A program made the translations under genes and the position numbers. The notes under the pieces are model-generated. The model did not search any database. It was not told the origin of the DNA and saw only the letters and a program-made list of their open reading frames with translations. From contig CBDCNQ010000001.1 in assembly GCA_965219445.1 (NCBI GenBank), forward strand, positions 240,754 to 304,753: DNA of 64,000 nt. The letters run 5' to 3'. Of the stretch, positions 10,297 through 19,034 are shown piece after piece (the first letter of the stretch is position 1; every line of letters begins with the position of its first letter). Source of the DNA: Longimicrobiales bacterium. GTDB taxonomy: Bacteria; Gemmatimonadota; Gemmatimonadetes; Longimicrobiales; Gaopeijiaceae.

Positions 10297-12409
10297 AACT
10301 CCTCCCATCCTCAAATCTCGTGGTCGCCGTCCGGGAAATCCAGTTCGAAATAGCGGTCTCTGTCAGTAAGAGCACCAGCGCTGCCACCATCAGCAGGCGC
10401 CATAGGGACTGACGCCGCTCCTGATTTCTCGCCTGCATCTCGGGCGTCAGCATCTCTCCGCCGGCACCCAACTCGCCCCCCGTCTCCCGGGGGGCGACTG
10501 CTCCCGCGAGCTCGGTGGGGTCCATAGACTCCAACTCAGACTCCGTCACGTCCACGTTGACCGCAACTGCGAACACGCGTTCCGGGTCGGTACCCGGTGG
10601 CCGTACTTCGTAAAACCCCTGCTCTTCGAGTGCCAAGAAACGAGGTCCGGTGGTCGCCGGCAAGGAGACACTCCCACCCCCCGGCGTCAGCGCGACCTGA
10701 TCCACCTCGGGCGCCAGCTCATTCTCTCGGTCGGCGACGAAGACCATACCGGCGGGGTCGGCGATGTCGAGGACTTGACCGGCCGTGAACCAGGGCACGC
10801 GTTCCCGGTATCCGCCGAGGTGACGCATCATCTGGTGAACGAACGGTAAAAATACCGGCTGTACCGCCAGATCGTTCCAAAAGGCGTCCATCGTGCTGGT
10901 CCAGACGAGTACATAGCCCTGTCCAAGGCGCCGCTCGGCAAGCGCAACCGACCCGTCGTCGAATCGTGCCAGTACTCGTCCCTCCGGACCGACCTCCAGA
11001 TCCCGCGACCGGAAAAACCGTGCCCGGGCGAAGTCACCGCTGCGGGGCCCACCGAACAACTCGAACACCGGATGGGAATAGTCGAGGTAGCCCAGTCGAG
11101 CCGCTCCCCTCGTATGGTCCCTTGCTGGGCCGAATCTCCCAGGAAGCATCTCTTCGAGCCCTGTCTGCCACGCGCTCCTTTCCCCGAGGACGAGCAACAG
11201 TCCACCGCCCCCTTCCACGAAGCCACGGAGACGATCTGCGGTAGCGCCCTGTGGGAACCGAGTGTCATTGAGAACGACTACGTCCGTCGCCTCCAAGTCG
11301 TCCACCGAGAGCGCGGTTGAACGCCTCACATCGACCTGGAAGGACGCCTCCTCGCTGATCTCGAGCGCCCGCTGTATGTACAGGCTGGCATCGGGCCGCG
11401 GACTTGCCCCTTCCAACACGAGCATCCTCATCGCCCTTCCGGGCGAAAGCACGAAGTGGAGCTCATCGTCCTGGGGAAGCACATCGGCATCGAGCCGGAT
11501 CGAACCACGGGTGTAGAGCTCGGAGAGCGTGAATGGCTCGAACACGACGGTCGCCGAGCCGGTCGGATCGAGGCTGACGGTCTGGGTCTGAACCTCCTGC
11601 CCATCCAACTCGAGCAGGATGGTTCGATCGGCCGGCGCTTCCCCCTGACGGCGCACCACACGGGCCGTGGCCGTCATGCGTTCCTGTCCGGAGAAGAACT
11701 CTCGCCGGAGAGCCACCGATGCCACTGCGGCATTCGGCGTCGTGTCATCGGAAATCAGCACGGGATTCACCACCGTTCCAGGCGGAAATGTCACACCCTC
11801 GTCGCCGTTCCAACCGGTGCGTTGGAAGTCACCGATGATGAAGGCTTCCCGGTTCGGCAACTGGGACTCCTCGAGGATCGTCTGGGCCAACTTCAAGGCC
11901 GGGCCGTACAGGGTCCCGTCTGCGCTCAGACTGGCTGTGTCCAGAGCAGTGAGGAGGCGATCCCGATCTGAGGTCGCACGAAAGAGCGCCTCCGCGCCAC
12001 GCCCCATGAACACGAGGCTGGCCCGATCGGAAGCGTCCAGGCCCTGGAAGACCTCTCGAGCCTGAGTCTTCGCCCGCTCCCAACGGTCGCCATAGCCCAT
12101 CGAATACGATCGGTCCAAGACGACGACGACTTCGCGAGGGCCGAGCGTCGCGCCAACCGCCACTTCAGTGTTCTCGAAGAAGGGGCGGGTGAATGCGGCA
12201 ACGAGTAGCGCCAATGCCAAAGCTCGGATCGACAGCAGTGTCCAGTGGTGGATTCGCCTGCGTTGGGTCGAACGAAACGGGATCTTCCTGAGGAACATCA
12301 GAGAGGGGAAGTCCACCACGTTGCGGCGTTGTTTCTCGGTCAGGTGCACGACGATCGGAACCAGCAGACCGATGAGGCCCAATAGGAACAGGGGAGCCAG
12401 AAGACCCAT
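10277..12409 (-). CDS. BatA N-terminal plus vWA domain membrane protein
   Basis: LLVPIVVHL..FPSLMFL..RP (BatA), MIDAS DRSYS, GATase-like middle region (FVEGGGGLL), C-terminal TM (LWRLL). Confidence 0.85.
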   Translation of the reverse strand: MGLLAPLFLLGLIGLLVPIVVHLTEKQRRNVVDFPSLMFLRKIPFRSTQRRRIHHWTLLSIRALALALLVAAFTRPFFENTEVAVGATLGPREVVVVLDRSYSMGYGDRWERAKTQAREVFQGLDASDRASLVFMGRGAEALFRATSDRDRLLTALDTASLSADGTLYGPALKLAQTILEESQLPNREAFIIGDFQRTGWNGDEGVTFPPGTVVNPVLISDDTTPNAAVASVALRREFFSGQERMTATARVVRRQGEAPADRTILLELDGQEVQTQTVSLDPTGSATVVFEPFTLSELYTRGSIRLDADVLPQDDELHFVLSPGRAMRMLVLEGASPRPDASLYIQRALEISEEASFQVDVRRSTALSVDDLEATDVVVLNDTRFPQGATADRLRGFVEGGGGLLLVLGERSAWQTGLEEMLPGRFGPARDHTRGAARLGYLDYSHPVFELFGGPRSGDFARARFFRSRDLEVGPEGRVLARFDDGSVALAERRLGQGYVLVWTSTMDAFWNDLAVQPVFLPFVHQMMRHLGGYRERVPWFTAGQVLDIADPAGMVFVADRENELAPEVDQVALTPGGGSVSLPATTGPRFLALEEQGFYEVRPPGTDPERVFAVAVNVDVTESELESMDPTELAGAVAPRETGGELGAGGEMLTPEMQARNQERRQSLWRLLMVAALVLLLTETAISNWISRTATTRFEDGRSYVPSST

Positions 12410-13332
12410 CAGCGCACCCTGGTCATTTTTTCACGACTCGAGAGGTATCGGAAGAGGGCATAATCCAGGGGCTTCGACGTGTCGAGCACGGTGTAGTCGA
12501 TCCTGCTCCCCGTGAAAAGGCGCTCCAGCTCTTGGGTGTGTCGGCCGATAAGCGCACGATATTCATCCCCGAGCTCATCGGGTACGATCGGGATCATCGT
12601 CTCACTCTCCAGATCTCGAAAACTTGCCGCACTCTCGTACGTGAACTCGAGCTCGGCGGGGTCGAGCAGATGAAACACGATCACGTCGTGGCCTCGAGCC
12701 CTGAGATGAAGAACCGAATCCATCACCTTCTCCGGCTCATCGTAGAAATCCGAAAGAAGGAGGATGATCCCTCGGTGGTGGAGGTTGTCGCCCAGTCGCA
12801 TGAGCGGGTCACGCAGCGTACCAGGCCGTCCCGGCCGGGCGCGTGCCAGCGTGTGAAGGACGAGCTGCAAATGGCGGGTGGAGGGCGGCACGTACTCCAC
12901 GATCTCGTGATCAAAAGTCGTGAGACCCACCCGGTCTCGCTGCTTCTGCGAGAAGTAAGAGAGAGCCGCTGCCAGGTAACGTGCGTAGTCCAGCTTGTTG
13001 ACCGCGTGGGTACCGAAGCTCATGGACTTGGAGATGTCGAGCACGACCATGAAATCGGCGCTGGTCTCCGCCTCGAACAGCTTGATGTAGAAACGGTCCG
13101 TGCGAGCGAAGAGTCTCCAGTCGATGCGCCGGATGTCGTCGCCTCGCATGTACTCTCGGTGTTCCGCGAAGTCGAGCGACATCCCCAGGTGGGGTGACCT
13201 GTGAAGACCCTGGAGGAAGCCGTCCACGACGGTTCGGGACAGCAACTCCAGATTTCCGATCCGGCTCAAGACCGCGGGATCGAGGAACTGCGTATCGGCG
13301 CCGTGAACACTCGAGCGTTCTCTGACAGCCAC
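12409..13332 (-). CDS. DUF58 domain protein (vWA-related MoxR partner)
   Basis: GLHRSP..G.S.DFAEHREY..GDD.RRIDW..FARTDR; DISKS; SDF. Confidence 0.92.
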   Translation of the reverse strand: MAVRERSSVHGADTQFLDPAVLSRIGNLELLSRTVVDGFLQGLHRSPHLGMSLDFAEHREYMRGDDIRRIDWRLFARTDRFYIKLFEAETSADFMVVLDISKSMSFGTHAVNKLDYARYLAAALSYFSQKQRDRVGLTTFDHEIVEYVPPSTRHLQLVLHTLARARPGRPGTLRDPLMRLGDNLHHRGIILLLSDFYDEPEKVMDSVLHLRARGHDVIVFHLLDPAELEFTYESAASFRDLESETMIPIVPDELGDEYRALIGRHTQELERLFTGSRIDYTVLDTSKPLDYALFRYLSSREKMTRVR

Positions 13333-13344
13333 CTGCGGATCCGC

Positions 13345-14472
13345 CTACAGGCCGGAGGAGGGTGTGGGCACAGCCTCGAGAAGCTGGTCGACCAGCTCAC
13401 CGGTGGTCACGCCCTCGGATTCGGCGTGGAAGTTGGTGAGAATCCTATGCCTCAGAACCGGGTGCGCGAGGGCTCGAATGTCTTCGAAGCTCACGTTGTA
13501 ACGCCCCTTCGTGAGCGCCCGCGCCTTCCCTCCCAGAATGAGATATTGGGCGGCCCGGACGCTTGCCCCGAAGGCGATCCACTTGTTGACGAAGTCCGCG
13601 CTATCTCCGTTGGGGCTCGGCCGGGTGGCCCGAACGAGACCGACCGCATAGCGCATGGCCGCGTCCGGGACGGGTACCTTTCGTACGAGCCTCTGGAACG
13701 CGATGAGGTCTGCGCCTGTGACCGTGTGTTCGAAATCAGGCTCCTGGATGCCGGTCGTCGTGCGCACCACGTCCAACTCCTCGTCCTCGGCGAGATGGTC
13801 CATGATGATCTTGAACATGAAGCGGTCGAGCTGCGCCTCGGGCAGCGGGTAGGTGCCTTCGAGCTCGATGGGATTCTGGGTGGCGAAAACGTAGAAGGGC
13901 TCATCGAGCACGTACGTGGTTCCCTGAACCGTAACGCGATGCTCCTGCATCGCCTCCAAGAGCGCCGACTGGGTCTTGGGGGGTGTTCGATTGATCTCAT
14001 CCGCGAGCACGATGTTCGCAAAGATGGGTCCAGGGGCGAACACCATGCTGCGCTGACCCGTCTCCGCGTCCTCCTGAATGATGTCCGTGCCCGTGATATC
14101 AGACGGCATCACGTCCGGGGTGAACTGGATTCTCGAGAACTTGAGATCCAGGACTTCGGCGACGGTGTGGATCAACAGGGTCTTGGCCAACCCGGGCACG
14201 CCGAGGAGGAGGCTGTTGCCGCCGACGAAGAGGGAAAGCAGCATCTGCTCGATCACCTCTTCCTGCCCAATGATGAGCTTCCGTATCTCGGAAAGGATCT
14301 GCTCACGTCCCGCCTTCATCTTGTCAGCGAGGTCTATGTCGTCCGGACTCTCGAGGGCGGTCGCTTCGGCAGCGTCGACAGGCTCGACCTCAGCCACGGC
14401 TTCAGCGACTTCCTGCTCTTCCTTAAATGCCATTTCGTGCTCCGTCGAGGCCGCGTGCGGCCGTTGGCTCAT
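13345..14472 (-). CDS. moxR: MoxR-family AAA+ ATPase
   Basis: GVPGLAKT, RIQFTPD.MPSD, LADEINRTPPKTQSALLEAMQE, ATQNPIELEGTYPLPEAQLDRF. Alternative start at 14433. Confidence 0.95.
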   Translation of the reverse strand: MSQRPHAASTEHEMAFKEEQEVAEAVAEVEPVDAAEATALESPDDIDLADKMKAGREQILSEIRKLIIGQEEVIEQMLLSLFVGGNSLLLGVPGLAKTLLIHTVAEVLDLKFSRIQFTPDVMPSDITGTDIIQEDAETGQRSMVFAPGPIFANIVLADEINRTPPKTQSALLEAMQEHRVTVQGTTYVLDEPFYVFATQNPIELEGTYPLPEAQLDRFMFKIIMDHLAEDEELDVVRTTTGIQEPDFEHTVTGADLIAFQRLVRKVPVPDAAMRYAVGLVRATRPSPNGDSADFVNKWIAFGASVRAAQYLILGGKARALTKGRYNVSFEDIRALAHPVLRHRILTNFHAESEGVTTGELVDQLLEAVPTPSSGL

Positions 14473-14533
14473 GTTGTGGTTTCTTGCCGTCCCGGGTCGG
14501 TTGCGGCGCCACCCCGGCCCTTTACGGCACTAC

Positions 14534-15340
14534 TCAGTGTGTCATCGCGTAGATGATATAGTTGACACCCAGTTTGTACGCTTCGTTAGACAGATCGATC
14601 GGATACCAACCCACGTCCGAGTACTCCCAGTATTCCCCAATGTCATTGTTGTAGTTGGCGATCGCCACCAGGCGCCGGTCCGGATCGTTCTCCTCATGGA
14701 GACCCAGATAAACGGGCTCGACCCGGAAGGTAGGAGATGCCAGCGCTTTCAGCGACTCGATCCGAAAGAAGGAGTCGAAGATGGTGTGTGACTCGTCGAG
14801 CTCGACGAACTCGGCGTCCGGGATGACTCGTTTCATCTGTCGGTCGAAATTAAACCAATCGCCACCGCGAAAGTCGTCGGCGATCAGAAACCCGCCCTTG
14901 AGCAGGTAGTTTCTGAGCCCCTCCACCTCGGACTCCGTCGGATTCCAATAGCCTGGCTCGGATATATACGCCATCGGGAAGCGGGTCAGCTCCGGGTCGT
15001 CCGTCTTAAATATATTGCCCCCGTCCATATAGGGCTTGAGGAGGGTCGTCTCCCGAAGGATGTTCATGAAGTTTCGTTCCGCGCGTGGGTAGTCATGCGC
15101 CCAGGGGGGGAGCCCGCCTCTCCTCCGGCCTCCCCCAAAGCTGCCAGTGTTGAGACCCACGCCGAAGCGGATACGTGCGAAGGTGAATCTGCCGTCGTAG
15201 GGCACATTGTCCTCTTGGGGAGCCCTCAGTTCATCGAGAGGACTCGGATGTCCCGGAGCGACATGGGTGAGTGCCACGGACCCGGTGAGCACGGAAGCAG
15301 TGACGAACCCCAACAGTGGGAGGGGAAGGGGCGTGCTCAT
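14534..15340 (-). CDS. DUF4159 domain exported protein (paralog B)
   Basis: Signal peptide; FTFARIRF, W.HDYPRAE, LRNYLLKGGFLIADDF, NNDIGEYWE, GVNYIIYAMTH. Confidence 0.85.
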   Translation of the reverse strand: MSTPLPLPLLGFVTASVLTGSVALTHVAPGHPSPLDELRAPQEDNVPYDGRFTFARIRFGVGLNTGSFGGGRRRGGLPPWAHDYPRAERNFMNILRETTLLKPYMDGGNIFKTDDPELTRFPMAYISEPGYWNPTESEVEGLRNYLLKGGFLIADDFRGGDWFNFDRQMKRVIPDAEFVELDESHTIFDSFFRIESLKALASPTFRVEPVYLGLHEENDPDRRLVAIANYNNDIGEYWEYSDVGWYPIDLSNEAYKLGVNYIIYAMTH

Positions 15341-18039
15341 TGCTGCTGGGCGGGGTTACGGGACGCTGGCGGATCAGGAGGGGCCGAATTCCCACCGTCT
15401 CTGAGATCGAGGAGTAGCTCCAGGCCCGCCTCGAAGTTCGGTGCGATCTCGAGGGCCCGGAGAAGCGACCGGCGGGCTTGCGCCGGATCGCCGGCAGACA
15501 CGTAGGCGAGAGCGAGGTTGTAGTATGCCCCCGCTAGATCGGCAGGCTCGAGCGCGACGATGGCCCTCCGCTCCCGGACCGCACCCGTTGCGTCACCACG
15601 CGCCTCGTGCGCCTCTGCCAGACGGTCGTGGAGCTCGACTTCGTACGGGTAGATGAGAACGGCCGCGTCCATCGCCTCGGCGGCACCCGCCGCGTCACCC
15701 AGCTCGGTCCGAAGCTCGGCGAGTTTGAGGTAGGCCACGTAATGGCTCTCGTTGAGGGCTGTCAAGCGGGCGAGAGCTGCCGCGGCCTGCTCGGTCTCTC
15801 CTCGCTGCTCGTGAACCTGGGCGAGGAACCAGTACGGACTGTCATTTCCTCCGTACTCAGGAAAGAGACGGAGCGCCGTCCGGAGATGCTCCTCGGCCTC
15901 CTCCAATCGCTCCTCCTGGAGTAACGCGATTCCGAGGGCTAGCTGCGCGGGAAAGTTGCCCGGGTTCTCTCTCGCCACCCGGGTCCAATCCTCGATCGTC
16001 CGGGGGTTCTGTGGGATGCCCGGGCTGTTGACGGGCGGCTCCAAGGCACTCAAAGGAATGGCGAAGCGCTGCTGGAAATATTCATCGAAGTCGCGGTCGA
16101 GGTCGTCCATGCTGATGTCCAGGAGACTCTCCACCAACTCGGGCGTAGCCCGCCCGTCCCGATACCCGCGGAGCATGTCCCGAATGACCTGAAGCCCCCA
16201 TCGCGACTCGATGAAAGCGAACACGAGCGACGCCTGCAAATACGAATCGACGACCTGTTCGGGATAGGACGGCTGCACGAAGCCGGAGTTCAGCTCGCTT
16301 ACCGGCAACAGCATGCCCTCCCGGTACCGCATGAGAAATGCGGGCCCCGCCTGGTGACCCCAACCCTCACGGGCCTGCCGCTGCTCGTGGACCGCCAACC
16401 CCTCGGAGAACCAGCGTGGGACTTCGTGCTCGGTGAGCCCGAGGTGGAACACGTGGGCGAGCTCATGCCAGAGGACGGATGCCCAGTTGAACTCGCCGAC
16501 GGGTCGGGCGGCGGGTGAGTCCATGGCGAGGAGGCTTCCGAAGGTGACGCCGAGCGCCCCCATACCCGCGAGCCCGACGGTCCGGACAGAAAAATCCGCG
16601 TGACTCGGATAGACCTCGATGCGGATGGGCAGCGGCGGCTCATACCCACCGTAGCGCTCCACCAGAGCCTCGTACGCCTCTTCCGTGATCTGTTCGATGT
16701 ACGGTTGCAACAGCGCCGATTCCCGCCCGTGTACTACGAAGAGAAAGCGGGGGTCTTCTTGACTGACGTCGTAGTTCTCAAAGGTGTCCAGCAGGTCCAG
16801 GGTGTTGTAGAACCACACGCTGTAAGGATCTCCCTCGAAGGCGGTTTCGAGGTTGGCCCGGCCCTCTTCGATCAGTCCGAGCCGGAGCTGGTTCATTCCG
16901 AGGATCCCGTAGGCTCTCCAAGACAGGGGGTCCACGGTGATGGCCTCCTCCGCCACGCGAGTCGCCTCGAGATACTTGCGGCTCTCGACACTCAGATTGG
17001 CGATGTCGTTGTACAGTCCCGCATACATCGGGCTGAGCGCGGTAACCCGGTCACGGATTCTGTCGTACTCCCTGGTCTCGCCACGCAGATAATGACTGGC
17101 CGCGAGAACGCTCAGCGCCTCGAGGGAGGTTGGGTTCACCTCGAGCGCCCTCTCGAGTTCGGATCGGGCGTCTTCGTGGTTCTCCGCTTTGAGGAGGAGT
17201 CTGGCCTTGAAGACCCTCGCTTCGACCAGATTTTCGTTCTGCTCGAGGGCACTCTCCACCTGACCCATCAAGCCGACCGTGCCGTTGAACTCCATGGCAC
17301 GAGCCAATCCCAAGAGTGCGCGTGGGTGGTTCGGATTGCTCTGGAGGACCTCCTTCATCGCAGCGTCGGCTTCGGGTCCATTGTACTTTTCGAGAAACAG
17401 CTCCCCGATGAGAATTCGCGGCTCCAGGCTACCGGGATCCAAAGCCACGGCCTCATCGTAGGCTCTGAGTGCGTCCTGGAAGAGTTCGTGTTCGCGAATG
17501 CCGAGGTACCGAACCGCGGTGGCCACGGCGGTGAGGTCGGTCGAGGAGAGGGGCATCGACCCGTTGTAGAGGTCGATGAAGGAGTCGAATGTCTCGAACG
17601 CGACGTCCCGATCTCCAAAGGTCCATTCGATGATGGCGAGATTCAAGCGGGCGGATATCCGATCGACCGCACCACCCTGGATCGATCTGTTGAACTGATC
17701 GCGGGCTTGGTCTATCTGCCCCAACCCAAATAGAATTTCGCCTGCCGTATTGGCGATTTCAGGGGCGATAGCCGGGGGAGCCTGACTCACCTCTTCCAGC
17801 GCCTCCTCGTACCGACCGATCTCGGCCAGGGCGGAGAGATACGCCACATAGGCTCTCCGGTGGTCGCTCTGACCTAGATCCGGCTCTGGGCCCGATCTGG
17901 AGAGATCGCCGAGGGCCTCGATGGCCGACTCATAAGCCCCCGCCCGAAATTCGGAAATGGCCTCGTCCACCGTCTGCGCCGCTCCACCGGTGGAAAGGCC
18001 CAGGGCAGCGAGCGCGAACAGGAGAAGCCCGCGTTTCAT
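15337..18039 (-). CDS. Exported TPR-repeat protein with central HEXXH zinc-peptidase (MA clan) domain
   Basis: Signal peptide; many TPR-like helices; WHELAH..VPRWFSEGLA; ATGA coupling on both sides. Confidence 0.85.
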   Translation of the reverse strand: MKRGLLLFALAALGLSTGGAAQTVDEAISEFRAGAYESAIEALGDLSRSGPEPDLGQSDHRRAYVAYLSALAEIGRYEEALEEVSQAPPAIAPEIANTAGEILFGLGQIDQARDQFNRSIQGGAVDRISARLNLAIIEWTFGDRDVAFETFDSFIDLYNGSMPLSSTDLTAVATAVRYLGIREHELFQDALRAYDEAVALDPGSLEPRILIGELFLEKYNGPEADAAMKEVLQSNPNHPRALLGLARAMEFNGTVGLMGQVESALEQNENLVEARVFKARLLLKAENHEDARSELERALEVNPTSLEALSVLAASHYLRGETREYDRIRDRVTALSPMYAGLYNDIANLSVESRKYLEATRVAEEAITVDPLSWRAYGILGMNQLRLGLIEEGRANLETAFEGDPYSVWFYNTLDLLDTFENYDVSQEDPRFLFVVHGRESALLQPYIEQITEEAYEALVERYGGYEPPLPIRIEVYPSHADFSVRTVGLAGMGALGVTFGSLLAMDSPAARPVGEFNWASVLWHELAHVFHLGLTEHEVPRWFSEGLAVHEQRQAREGWGHQAGPAFLMRYREGMLLPVSELNSGFVQPSYPEQVVDSYLQASLVFAFIESRWGLQVIRDMLRGYRDGRATPELVESLLDISMDDLDRDFDEYFQQRFAIPLSALEPPVNSPGIPQNPRTIEDWTRVARENPGNFPAQLALGIALLQEERLEEAEEHLRTALRLFPEYGGNDSPYWFLAQVHEQRGETEQAAAALARLTALNESHYVAYLKLAELRTELGDAAGAAEAMDAAVLIYPYEVELHDRLAEAHEARGDATGAVRERRAIVALEPADLAGAYYNLALAYVSAGDPAQARRSLLRALEIAPNFEAGLELLLDLRDGGNSAPPDPPASRNPAQQQ

Positions 18040-19034
18040 TTTCTCCCGCTCGACCGGGCCTGAATCTCCCTGTTGGTGAGTGCCAGCTCGATGAGCAGCT
18101 CCTCAAGGTCGCTGTCGTAGCGGTCCTGATCGATCTGGCCCCTCAGGGCGCGGAGTTCCTCGATGCGTCGCTCCAGGTCTACACGCTGCTCGAGGAGCGC
18201 CCTCAGCATCGGATCGTCGGTGGCGCGTGCCGCGGCCAGCGTCGGGTCGGGGGCCAAGAACATCGTTCGTGCGAACGCACCATCCACCGCGTCCACCAAC
18301 TCGGTGCTGCCCTCCCCATCGCCGTTGTCGTCGAGCACGGGATGCTCGGTGGCGATCCGGTTCGAAGTCTCATACTCCCGTGCCACTTCGGTGCGCGCGA
18401 ACTCGAACGCCTCCCAAACCGACACGCGCCCATCCTTGTCCAGGTCGGCCGATGCACCGGCGAACGCATCGACGAAGTAGCCTCCGAAGACGGTCTCGTT
18501 TCTTTCTCTTCCGGTTCTGGTCGCGGTGACGATGGTGCGCTCGGCCCCCGAGAGCGCCTTCACGAACTCTCCGCTCGCACTGGCGAGGTTTACGAACGCC
18601 ACTCGCCGATCGGTGAGTTGATCCAAATGAAGGCCGAAGTCCTCCGCGGTGAGGTCGGGGCCCGCGAGGTTGAAGCGAGACTCTCCGTTGGTGTAGCTGC
18701 CATGCCCGATCAGCACGACGAAAATGTTGTCACCCGGTTGGGAGTGCGCGGCGAGGTCCGTGAAAGCCTCATCTACATTATCCCGGGTCGAGCGGCCCTG
18801 GATGCGTGGATGGGCGGCTGCGTCCTCAGCGAGGTAGGTGATGTTCTTGGCTGGGATAGCGGAGGTCTCGCCGGCCGCGTCGACGAAAGCGACACCCCAC
18901 TCCAGGAATCGCTCACTGTAGACGGGGTCGCCCCCGAGTCCAGTAATCACGAGGACGTGGGTGTCCTGGCCGAATACCGGTTGGACGGCCGTCACGAAGA
19001 GCATGACGGTGGCGAGCGTGCCTCGGAAGATCAT
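18036..19034 (-). CDS. Exported caspase/legumain-like (clan CD fold) protein with Ser at the catalytic Cys position
   Basis: Signal peptide; VVLIGHGS, VNLASASG, DLDKDG.VS loop, C-terminal coiled coil; ATG 19034 overlaps the upstream TGA. Confidence 0.65.
   Translation of the reverse strand: MIFRGTLATVMLFVTAVQPVFGQDTHVLVITGLGGDPVYSERFLEWGVAFVDAAGETSAIPAKNITYLAEDAAAHPRIQGRSTRDNVDEAFTDLAAHSQPGDNIFVVLIGHGSYTNGESRFNLAGPDLTAEDFGLHLDQLTDRRVAFVNLASASGEFVKALSGAERTIVTATRTGRERNETVFGGYFVDAFAGASADLDKDGRVSVWEAFEFARTEVAREYETSNRIATEHPVLDDNGDGEGSTELVDAVDGAFARTMFLAPDPTLAAARATDDPMLRALLEQRVDLERRIEELRALRGQIDQDRYDSDLEELLIELALTNREIQARSSGRK

Noticed and set aside
13201..14556. 451-aa plus-strand ORF and similar long antisense ORFs (3216-4157, 16600-17733, 53394-54530)
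   Set aside because: Mirror frames of well-supported genes, expected at high GC.
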